Assembly: GCA_964016885.1 (NCBI GenBank)
Contig: OZ024743.1
Location: forward strand, 218,798,001 to 218,862,000
From: Eledone cirrhosa
Lineage: Eukaryota
Length of the DNA: 64,000 nucleotides
Reading direction: 5' to 3'
A program made the translations under genes and the position numbers. Under the pieces are notes generated by a model. It worked only from the letters and a program-made list of their open reading frames with translations. It was not told the origin of the DNA and made no database searches. This document shows positions 39,001 through 49,500 of this stretch, one piece after another (position 1 is the first letter of the stretch; the number at the start of each line of letters is the position of its first letter).

Positions 39001-42000
39001 AGAGGTAAGGTGTGTGTGAAAGTGAGGTAAGGTGTGTGTGAAAGTGAGGTGAGGTGTGGGTGAAAGTGAGGTAAGGTGTGTGTGAAAGTGAGGTGAGGTG
39101 TGTGTGAAAGTGAGGTGAGATGTGTGTGAAAGTGAGCTAAGGTGTGTGTGAAAGTGAGGGGAGGTGTGTGTGAAAGTGAGGTAAGGTGTGTGTGAAAGTG
39201 AGGTGAGGTGTGTGTGAAAGTGAGGTGAGGTGTGTGTGAAAGTGAGGTAAGATGTGTGTGGAAGTGAGATGAGGTGTGTGTGAAAGTGAGGTGAGGTGTG
39301 TGTGAAAGTGAGGTGAGGTGTGTGTGAAAGTGAGGTGAGGTGTGTGTGAAAGTGAGGTGAGGTGTGTGTGAAAGTGAGGTGAGGTGTGTGTGAAAGTGAG
39401 GTGAGGTGTGTGTGAAAGTGAGGTGAGGTGTGTGTGAAAATGAGGTGAGGTGTGTGTGAAAGTGAGGTGAGGTGTGTGTGAAAGTGAGGTAAGGTGTGTG
39501 TGGAAGTGAGATGAGGTGTGTGTGAAAGTGAGGTGAGGTGTGTGTGAAAGTGAGGTGAGGTGTGTGTGAAAATGAGGTGAGGTGTGTGTGAAAGTGAGGT
39601 GAGGTGTGTGTGAAAGTGAGGTGAGGTGTGTGTGAAAGTGAGGTAAGGTGTGTGTGGAAGTGAGATGAGGTGTGTGTGAAAGTGAGGTGAGGTGTGTGTG
39701 AAAGTGAGGTGAGGTGTGTGTGAAAGTGAGGTAAGATGTGTGTGGAAGTGAGATGAGGTGTGTGTGAAAGTGAGGTGAGGTGTGTGTGAAAGTGAGGTGA
39801 GGTGTGTGTGAAAGTGAGGTGAGGTGTGTGTGAAAATGAGGTGAGGTGTGTGTGAAAGTGAGGTGAGGTGTGTGTGAAAGTGAGGTAAGGTGTGTGTAAA
39901 AGTGAGGAAAGGTGTGTGTGAAAGTGAGGAAAGGTGTGTGTGAAAGTGAGGTGAGGTGTGTGTGAAAGGGAGATAGGTGTGTGGGAAAGTGAGGTGAGGT
40001 GTTTGCGAAAGTGAGGGGAGGTGTGTGTGAAAGTGAGGGGAGGTGTGTGTGAAAGTGAGGTGAGGTGTGTGTGAAAGAGAGGTGAGGTGTGTGTGAAAGT
40101 GAGGTGAGGTGTGTGTGTAAATGAGAGATCAGGTGTGTGTGAAAGAGAGGTCAGGTGTGTGTGAAAGTGAGGTGAGGTGTGTGTGAAAGTGAAGTGAGGT
40201 GTTTGTGAAAGTGAGGTAAGGTGTGTGTGAAAGAGAGGTGAGGTGTGTGTGAAAGTGAGGTGAGGTGTGTGCGAAAGTGAGGTGAGGTGTGTGTGAAAGA
40301 GAGGTGAGGTGTGTGTGAAAGTGAGGTGAGGTGTGTGTGAAAGTGAGGTGAGGTGTGTGTGAAAGTAAGGTAAGGTGTGAAAGTGAGGTGAGGTGTGAAA
40401 GTGAGGTAAGGTGTGTGTGAAAGTGAGGTAAGGTGTGTGTAAAGTGAGGAAAGGTGTGTGTGAAAGTGAGGAAAGACTTGTGTGAAAGTGAGGTGAGGTG
40501 TGTGTGAAACTGAGGTAAGGTGTGTGTAAAAGTGAGGTAAGGTGTGTGTGAAAGTGAGGTGAGGTGTGTGTTAAAGAGAGGTGAGGTGTGTGTGAAAGTG
40601 AGGTGAGGTGTGTGTGAAAGTGAGGTGAGGTGTGTGTGAAAGTGAGGTGAGGTGTGTGTGAAAGTAAGGTGAGGTGTGAAAGTGAGGTAAGGTGTGTGTG
40701 AAAGTGAGGTGGGGTGTGTGTGAAAGTGAGGTGAGGTGTGTGTGAAAGTGTGGAGAGGTGCGTGTGAAAGTGAGGTGAGGTGTGTGTCAAAATAATATGA
40801 GGTGTGTGTGAAAGTGTGGTAAGGTGTGTGTGTAAATGAGAGATTAGGTGTGTGTGAAAGTGAGATCAGGCATGAGTGAAAGAGATGTCAAGTGTGTGTG
40901 AAAGAGAGGTCAGGTGTGTGTGAAAGTGAGGTGAGGTGTGTGTGAAAGAGAGGTGAGGTGTGTGTGAAAGTGAGGTGAGGTGTGTGTGAAAGTGAGGTGA
41001 GGTGTGTGTGAAAGTGAGGTGTGTGTGAAAGAGAGGTAAAGTGTGTGTGAAAGTGAGGTGAGGTGTGTGTGAAAGTGAGGTGAGGTGTGTGTGAAAGTTA
41101 GGTGAGGTGTTTGTGAAAGTGAGGTAAGGTGTGTGTGAAAGAGAGGTGAGGTGTGTGTGAAAGTGAGGTGAGGTGTGTGCGAAAGTGAGGTGAGGTGTGT
41201 GTGAAAGAGAGGTGAGGTGTGTGTGAAAGTGAGGTGAGGTGTGTGTGAAAGTGAGGTGAGGTGTTTTTGAAAGTGAGGTGAGGTGTGTGTGAAAGAGAGG
41301 TGAGGTGTGTGTGAAAGTGAGGTGAGGTGTGTGCGAAAGTGAGGTGAGGTGTGTGTGAAAGAGAGGTGAGGTGTGTGTGAAAGTGAGGTGAGGTGTTTGT
41401 GAAAGTGAGGTAAGGTGTGTGTGAAAGAGAGGTGAGGTGTGTGTGAAAGTGAGGTGAGGTGTGTGCGAAAGTGAGGTGAGGTGTGTGTGAAAGAGAGGTA
41501 AGGTGTGTGTGAAAGTGAGGTGAGGTGTGTGTGAAAGTGAGGTGAGGTGTGTGTGAAAGTGAGGTGAGGTGTGTGTGAAAGTGAGGTTAGGTGTGTGTGA
41601 AAGAGAGGTAAGGTGTGTGTGAAGGTGAGGTGAGGTGTGTGTGAAGTGAGGTAAGGTGTGTGTGAAGGTGAGGTGAGGTGTGTGTCAAAGTGAGGTGAGG
41701 TGTGTGTGAAGGTGAGGTGAGGTGTGTGTGAAAGTGAGGTAAGGTGTGTGTGAAAGTGAGGTAAGGTGTGTGTAAAGTGAGGAAAGGTGTGTGTGAAAGT
41801 GAGGTAAGGTGTGTGTGTGAAAGTGAGGTAAGGTGTGTGTAAAGTGAGGTAAGGTGTGTGTGAAAGTGAGGTGTGTGTGAAAGTGAGCTGAGGTGTGTGT
41901 AAAAGTGAGGTGAGGTGTGTGTGAAAGTGAGGGGAGGTGTATGTGAAAGTAAGGTAAAGTGTGTGTGAAAGTGAGGTGAGGTGTGTGTGAAAGAGAGGTA

Positions 42001-43399
42001 AGGTGTGTGTGAAAGTGAGGTGAGGTGTGTGTGAAAGTGAGCTGAGGTGTGCGTGAAACTGAGGTAAGGTGTGTGTGAAAGTGAGGTGAGGTGTGTGTGA
42101 AAGTGAGGTGATGTGTGTGAAAGTGAGGTGAGGTGTGTGTGAAAGTGAGGTCATGTGTGTGTGAAAGTGAGCTCAGGTGTGTGTTAAACAGAGGTAAGGT
42201 GTGTGTGAAAGTAAGGTAAGGTGTGTGTGAAAGTGAGGTGAGGTGTGTGTGAAAGTGAGGTGAGGTGTGTGTGAAAGTGAGGTGAGGTGTGTGTGAAAGT
42301 GAGGTAAGGTGTGTGTGAAAGAGAGGTGAGGTGTGTGTGAAAGTGAGGTGAAGTGTGTGTGAAAGAGACGTGAGGTGTGTGTGAAAGTGACGTGAGGTGA
42401 GGTGTGAAAGTGAGGTAAGGTGTGTGTGAAAGTGAGGTGAGGTGTGTGTGAAAATGAGGTGAGTTGTGTGTGAAAGTGAGGAAAGGTGTGTGTGAAAGAG
42501 AGGTGAGGTGTGTATGAAAGTAAGGTGAGGTGTGTGTGGAAGTGAGGTGAGGTGTGTGTGAAAGTAAGGTGAGGTGTGTGTGGAAGTGAGGTGAGGTGTG
42601 TGTGAAAATGAGGTGAGTTGTGTGTGAAAGTGAGGAAAGGTGTGTGTGAAAGAGAGGTGAGGTGTGTATGAAAGTAAGGTGAGGTGTGTGTGGAAGTGAG
42701 GTGAGGTGTGTGTGAAAGTAAGGTGAGGTGTGTGTGGAAGTGAGGTGAGGTGTGTGTGAAAGTGAGGTGAGGTGTGTCTGAATATGAGGTGAGGTGTGTG
42801 TGAAAGTGAGGTAAGGTGTGTGTAAAAGTGAGGAAATGTGTGTGTGAAAGAGAGGTGAGGTGTGAAATTGTGGTAAGCTGTGTGTGAAAGTGAGGTGAGG
42901 TGTGTGTGAAAGTGAGGTGAGGTGTGTGTGTAAATGAGAGATCAGGTGTGTGTGAAAGTGAGATCAGGCGTGAGTCAAAGAGAGGTCAGGTGTGTGTGAA
43001 AGAGATGTCAGGTGTGTGTGTAAGTGAGGTGAGGTGTGTGTGAAAGTGAGGTGAGGTGTGTGTGAAAGAGAGGTCAGGTGTGTGTGAAAGAGAGGTGATG
43101 TTTGGGTGAAACTGAGGTGAGGTGTGTGTGAAAGTGAGGTGAGGTGTGTGTGAAAGTGAGGTGAGGTGTGTGTGAAAGAGAGGTAAGGTGTGTGTGTAAG
43201 AGAGGTAAGGTGTGTGTTAAAGTGAGGTAAGGTGTGTGTGGAAGTGAGGTAAGGTGTGTGTGAAAGTGAGGTGAGGTGTGTGTGAAAGTGAGGTGAGGTG
43301 TGTGTGAAAGTGAGGTAAGGTGTGTGTGAAAGTGAGGGGAGGTGTGTGTGAAAGTGAGGTAAGGTGTGTGTGAAAGTGAGGTGAGGTGTGTGTGAAAGT

Positions 43400-46300
43400 G
43401 AGTTGAGGTGTGTGTGAAAGTGAGGTAAGGTGTGTGTGGAAGTGAGATGAGGTGTGTGTGAAAGTGAGGTGAGGTGTGTGTGAAAATGAGGTGAGGTGTG
43501 TGTAAAAGTGAGGAAAGGTGTGTGTGAAAGTGAGGAAAGGTGTGTGTGAAAGTGAGGTGAGGTGTGTGTGAAAGGGAGATAGGTGTGTGTGAAAGTGAGG
43601 TGAGGTGTTTGTGAAAGTGAGGGGAGGTGTGTGTGAAAGTGAGGGGAGGTGTGTGTGAAAGTGAGGTGAGGTGTGTGTGAAAAGAGAGGTGAGGTGTGTG
43701 TGAAAGTGAGGTGAGGTGTTTGTGAAAGTGAGGTAAGGTGTGTATGAAAGAGAGGTGAGGTGTGTGTGAAAGTGAGGTGAGGTGTGTGCGAAAGTGAGGT
43801 GAGGTGTGTGTGAAAGAGAGGTGAGGTGTGTGTGAAAGTGTGGTAAGGTGAGTGTGAAAGTGAGGTGAGGTGTGTGTGTAAATGAGAGATCAGGTGTGTG
43901 TGAAAGAGAGGTCAGGTGTGTGTGAAAGTGAGCTGAGGTGTGTGTGTGAAAGTGAGGTGAGGTGTGTGTGAAAGAGAGGTCAGGTGTGTGTGAAAGAGAG
44001 GTCAGGTGTGTGTGAAAGAGAGGTGATGTTTGGGTGAAAGTGAGGTGTGTGTGAAAGTGAGGTGAGGTGTTTGTGAAAGTGAGGTAAGGTGTGTGTGAAA
44101 GAGAGGTGAGGTGTGTGTGAAAGTGAGGTGAGGTGTGTGCGAAAGTGAGGCGAGGTGTGTGTGAAAGAGAGGTGAGGTGTGTGTGAAAGTGAGGTGAGGT
44201 GTGTGTGAAAGTGAGGTGAGGTGTGTGTGAAAGTAAGGTAAGGTGTGAAAGTGAGGTGAGGTGTGAAAGTGAGGTAAGGTGTGTGTGAAAGTGAGGTAAG
44301 GTGTGTGTAAAGTGAGGAAAGGTGTGTGTGAAAGTGAGGAAAGACTTGTGTGAAAGTGAGGTGAGGTGTGTGTGAAAGTGAGGTAAGGTGTGTAAAAGTG
44401 AGGTAAGGTGTGTGTGAAAGTGAGGTGAGGTGTGTGTTTAAGAGAGGTGAGGTGTGTGTGAAAGTGAGGTGAGGTGTGTGTGAAAGTGAGGTGAGGTGTG
44501 TGTGAAAGTGAGGTGAGGTGTGTGTGAAAGTAAGGTGAGGTGTGAAAGTGAGGTAAGGTGTGTGTGAAAGTGAGGTGAGGTGTGTGTGAAAGTGAGGTGA
44601 GGTGCGTGTGAAAGTGAGGTGAGGTGTGTGTCAAAATAATATGAGGTGTGTGTGAAAGTGTGGTAAGGTGTGAGTGTAAATGAGAGATTAGGTGTGTGTG
44701 AAAGTGAGATCAGGCGTGAGTGAAAGAGAGGTCAGGTGTGTGTGAAAGAGAGGTCAGGTGTGTGTGAAAGTGAGGTGAGGTGTGTGTGAAAGTGAGGTGA
44801 GGTGTGTGTGTAAATGAGAGATTAGGTGTGTGTGAAAGTGAGATCAGGCGTGAGTGAAAGAGAGGTCAGGTGTGTGTGAAAGAGAGGTCAGGTGTGTGTG
44901 AAAGAGAGGTCAGGTGTGTGTGAAAGAGAGGTGATCTTTGGGTGAAAGTGAGGTGAGGTGTGTGTGAAAGAGAGGTGAGGTGTGTGTGAAAGTGAGGTGA
45001 GGTGTGTGTGAAAGTGAGGTAAGGTGTGTGTGGAAGTGAGATGAGGTGTGTGTGAAAGTGAGGTGAGGTGTGTGTGAAAATGAGGTGAGGTGTGTGTAAA
45101 AGTGAGGAAAGGTGTGTGTGAAAGTGAGGAAAGGTGTGTGTGAAAGTGAGGTGAGGTGTGTGTGAAAGGGAGATAGGTGTGTGTGAAAGTGAGGTGAGGT
45201 GTTTGTGAAAGTGAGGGGAGGTGTGTGTGAAAGTGAGGGGAGGTGTGTGTGAAAGTGAGGTGAGGTTTGTGTGAAAAGAGAGGTGAGGTGTGTGTGAAAG
45301 TGAGGTGAGGTGTTTGTGAAAGTGAGGTAAGGTGTGTGTGAAAGAGAGGTGAGGTGTGTGTGAAAGTGAGGTGAGGTGTGTGCGAAAGTGAGGTGAGGTG
45401 TGTGTGAAAGAGAGGTGAGGTGTGTGTGAAAGTGTGGTAAGGTGAGTGTGAAAGTGAGGTGAGGTGTGTGTGTAAATGAGAGATCAGGTGTGTGTGAAAG
45501 AGAGGTCAGGTGTGTGTGAAAGTGAGCTGAGGTGTGTGTGTGAAAGTGAGGTGAGGTGTGTGTGAAAGAGAGGTCAGGTATGTGTGAAAGAGAGGTCAGG
45601 TGTGTGTGAAAGAGAGGTGATGTTTGGGTGAAAGTGAGGTGTGTGTGAAAGTGAGGTGAGGTGTTTGTGAAAGTGAGGTAAGGTGTGTGTGAAAGAGAGG
45701 TGAGGTGTGTGTGAAAGTGAGGTGAGGTGTGTGCGAAAGTGAGGCGAGGTGTGTGTGAAAGAGAGGTGAGGTGTGTGTGAAAGTGAGGTGAGGTGTGTGT
45801 GAAAGTGAGGTGAGGTGTGTGTGAAAGTAAGGTAAGGTGTGAAAGTGAGGTGAGGTGTGAAAGTGAGGTAAGGTGTGTGTGAAAGTGAGGTAAGGTGTGT
45901 GTAATGTGAGGAAAGGTGTGTGTGAAAGTGAGGAAAGACTTGTGTGAAAGTGAGGTGAGGTGTGTGTGAAAGTGAGGTAAGGTGTGTGTAAAAGTGAGGT
46001 AAGGTGTGTGTGAAAGTGAGGTGAGGTGTGTGTTTAAGAGAGGTGAGGTGTGTGTGAAAGTGAGGTGAGGTGTGTGTGAAAGTGAGGTGAGGTGTGTGTG
46101 AAAGTGAGGTGAGGTGTGTGTGAAAGTAAGGTGAGGTGTGAAAGTGAGGTAAGGTGTGTGTGAAAGTGAGGTGAGGTGTGTGTGAAAGTGAGGTGAGGTG
46201 CGTGTGAAAGTGAGGTGAGGTGTGTGTCAAAATAATATGAGGTGTGTGTGAAAGTGTGGTAAGGTGTGAGTGTAAATGAGAGATTAGGTGTGTGTGAAAG

Positions 46301-46560
46301 TGAGATCAGGCGTGAGTGAAAGAGAGGTCAGGTGTGTGTGAAAGAGAGGTCAGGTGTGTGTGAAAGTGAGGTGAGGTGTGTGTGAAAGTGAGGTGAGGTG
46401 TGTGTGTAAATGAGAGATTAGGTGTGTGTGAAAGTGAGATCAGGCGTGAGTGAAAGAGAGGTCAGGTGTGTGTGAAAGAGAGGTCAGGTGTGTGTGAAAG
46501 AGAGGTCAGGTGTGTGTGAAAGAGAGGTGATGTTTGGGTGAAAGTGAGGTGAGGTGTGTG
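43400..46560 (+). repeat. ~1.6-kb tandem duplication within the satellite; related copy at ~39900-40900
   Basis: GCGAGG at 44151/45745 (offset 1594). TCAAAATAATATG at ~40787, ~44631 and ~46227. AAAGACTTG is present in all three copies. Confidence 0.85.
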
Positions 46561-49500
46561 TGAAAGTGAGGTGTGTGTGAAAGAGAGGTAAGGTGTGTGT
46601 GAAAGTGAGGTGAGGTGTGTGTGAAAGTGAGGTGAGGTGTGTGTGAAAGTGAGGTGAGGTGTGTGTGAAAGTGAGGTGAGGTGTTTGTGAAAGTGAGGTA
46701 AGGTGTGTGTGAAAGAGAGGTGAGGTGTGTGTGAAAGTGAGGTGAGGTGTGTGTGAAAGTGAGGTGAGGTGTGTGTGAAAGTGAGGTGAGGTGTGTGTGT
46801 AAATGAGAGATTAGGTGTGTGTGAAAGAGAGGTCAGGTGTGTGTGAAAGAGAGGTCAGGTGTGTGTGAAAGAGAGGTCAGGTGTGTGTGAAAGTGAGGTG
46901 AGGTGTGTGTGAAAGTGAGGTGAGGTGTGTGTGAAAGAGAGGTCAGGTGTGTGTGAAAGAGAGGTCAGGTGTGTGTGAAAGAGAGGTCAGGTGTGTGTGA
47001 AAGAGAGGTGATGTTTGGGTGAAAGTGAGGTGAGGTGTGTGTGAAAGTGAGGTGAGGTGTGTGTGAAAGTGAGGTGAGGTGTTTGTGAAAGTGAGGTGAG
47101 GTGTGTGTGAAAGTGAGGTGAGGTGTGTGTGAAAGTGAGGTGAGGTGTGTGTGAAAGTGAGGTGAAGTGTGTGTGAAAGTGAGGTGAGGTGTGTGTGAAA
47201 GTGAGGTGAGGTGTGTGTGAAAGAGAGGTCAGGTGTGTGTGAAAGTGAGGTCAGGTGTGTGTGAAAGAGAGGTCAGGTGTGTGTGAAAGAGAGGTCAGGT
47301 GTGAGTGAAAGTGGGGTGAGGTGTGTGTGAAAGTGAGGTGAGGTGTGTGTGAAAGAGAGGTCAGGTGTGTGTGAAAGAGAGGTCAGGTGTGTGTGAAAGA
47401 GAGGTGATGTTTGGGTGAAAGTGAGGTGAGGTGTGTGTGAAAGTGAGGTGAGGTGTGTGTGAAAGTGAGGTGAGGTGTTTGTGAAAGTGAGGTAAGGTGT
47501 GTGTGAAAGAGAGGTGAGGTGTGTGTGAAAGTGAGGTGAGGTGTGTGCGAAAGTGAGGTGAGGTGTGTGTGAAAGAGAGGTGAGGTGTGTGTGAAAGTGA
47601 GGTGAGGTGTGTGTTAAAGTGAGGTGAGGTGTGTGTGAAATTGAGGTGAAGTGTGTGTGAAAGTGAGGTGAGGTGTGTGTGAAAGTGAGGTGAGGTGTGT
47701 GTGAAAGAGAGGTAAGGTGTGTGAAAGTGAGGTGAGGTGTGTGTGAAAGTGAGGTGAGGTGTGTGTGAAAGTGAGGGGAGGTGTGTGAAAGTGAGGTGAG
47801 GTGTGTGTGAAAGTGAGGTGAGGTGTGTGTGAAAGTGAAGTGAGGTGTGTGTGAAAGTGAGGTGAGGTGTGTGAAAGTGAGGTGAGGTGTGTGTGAAAGT
47901 GAAGTGAGGTGTGTGTGAAAGTGAGGTGAGGTGTGTGAAAGTGAGGTAAGGTGTGTGTGAAAGTGAGGTAAGGTGTGTGTGTAAGTGAAGTGAGATGTGT
48001 GTGAAAGTGAGGTGAGGTGTGTGTGTAAGTGAAGTGAGATGTGTGTGAAAGTGAGGTGAGGTGTGTGTGAAAGTGAAGTGAGATGTGTGTGAAAGTGAGG
48101 TGAGGTGTGTGTGAAAGTGAGGTAAGGTGTGTGTGAAAGTGAGGTAAGGTGTGTGTGAAAGTGAGGAAAGGTGTGTGTGAAAGTGAGGAAAGGTGTGTGT
48201 GAAAGTGAGGTGAGGTGTGTGTAAAAGTGAGGTAAGGTGTGTGTGAAAGTGAGGTGAGGTGTGTGTTTAAGAGAGGTGAGGTGTGTGTGAAAGTGAGGTA
48301 AGGTCTGAAAGTGAGGTGAGGTGCGTGTGAAAGTGAGGTAAGGTGTGTGTGAAAGTGAGGTAAGGTGTGAAAGTGAGGTGAGGTGTGAAAGTGAGGTGAG
48401 GTGTGTGTGAAAGTGAGGTAAGGTGTGTGTGAAAGTGAGGTGAGGTGCGTGTGAAATTGAGGTGTGTGTGAAAGTGAGGTGAGGTGTGTGTGAAAGTGAA
48501 GTGAGGTGTGTGTGTAAGAGAGGTAAGGTGTGTGTGAAAGTGAGGTAAGGTGTGTGTGAATGTGAGGTGAGGTGTGTGTGAAAGTGAGGTAAGGTGTGTG
48601 TGAAAGTGAGGTGAGGTGTGTGTGAAAGTGAGGTGAAGTGTGTGTGAAAGTGAGGTAAGGTGTGTGTGAAAGAGAGGTAAGGTGTGTGTGAAAGTGAGGT
48701 GAGGTGTGTGTGAAAGTGAGGTGAGGTGTGTTTGAAAGAGAGGTGAGGTGTGTGTGAAAGTGAGGTGAGGTGTGTGTGAAAGTGAGATGAGGTGTGAAAG
48801 TGAGGTAAGGTGTGTGTGAAAGTGAGGTGAGGTGTGTGTGAAAGTGAGGTGAGGTGTGTGTGAAAGAGAGGTGAGGTGTGTGTGAAAGTGAGGTGAGGTG
48901 TGTGTGTAAGTGAGGTGAGGTGTGTGTGAAAGTGAGGAGAGGTGTGTGTGAAGGTGAGGTGAGGTGTGTGTGAAAGTGAGGTAAGGTGTGTGTGAAAGTG
49001 AGGTGAGGTGTGTGTGAAAGTGAGGTGAGGTGTGTGTGAAAGTGAAGTGAGGTGTGTGTGAAAGTGAGGTGAGGTGTGTGAAAGTGAGGTGAGGTGTGTG
49101 TGAAAGTGAAGTGAGGTGTGTGTGAAAGTGAGGTGAGGTGTGTGAAAGTGAGGTAAGGTGTGTGTGAAAGTGAGGTAAGGTGTGTGTGTAAGTGAAGTGA
49201 GATGTGTGTGAAAGTGAGGTGAGGTGTGTGTGTAAGTGAAGTGAGATGTGTGTGAAAGTGAGGTGAGGTGTGTGTGAAAGTGAAGTGAGATGTGTGTGAA
49301 AGTGAGGTGAGGTGTGTGTGAAAGTGAGGTAAGGTGTGTGTGAAAGTGAGGTAAGGTGTGTGTGAAAGTGAGGTGAGGTGCGTGTGAAATTGTGTGTGTG
49401 AAAGTGAGGTGAGGTGTGTGTGAAAGTGAAGTGAGGTGTGTGTGTAAGAGAGGTAAGGTGTGTGTGAAAGTGAGGTAAGGTGTGTGTGAAAGTGAGGTGA

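Noticed and set aside
684-46230. Dozens of His/Thr/Leu-rich minus-strand ORFs as genes
   Set aside because: They are translations of the 22-bp satellite: overlapping frames give the same peptide, starts are non-ATG, and there is no unique domain.
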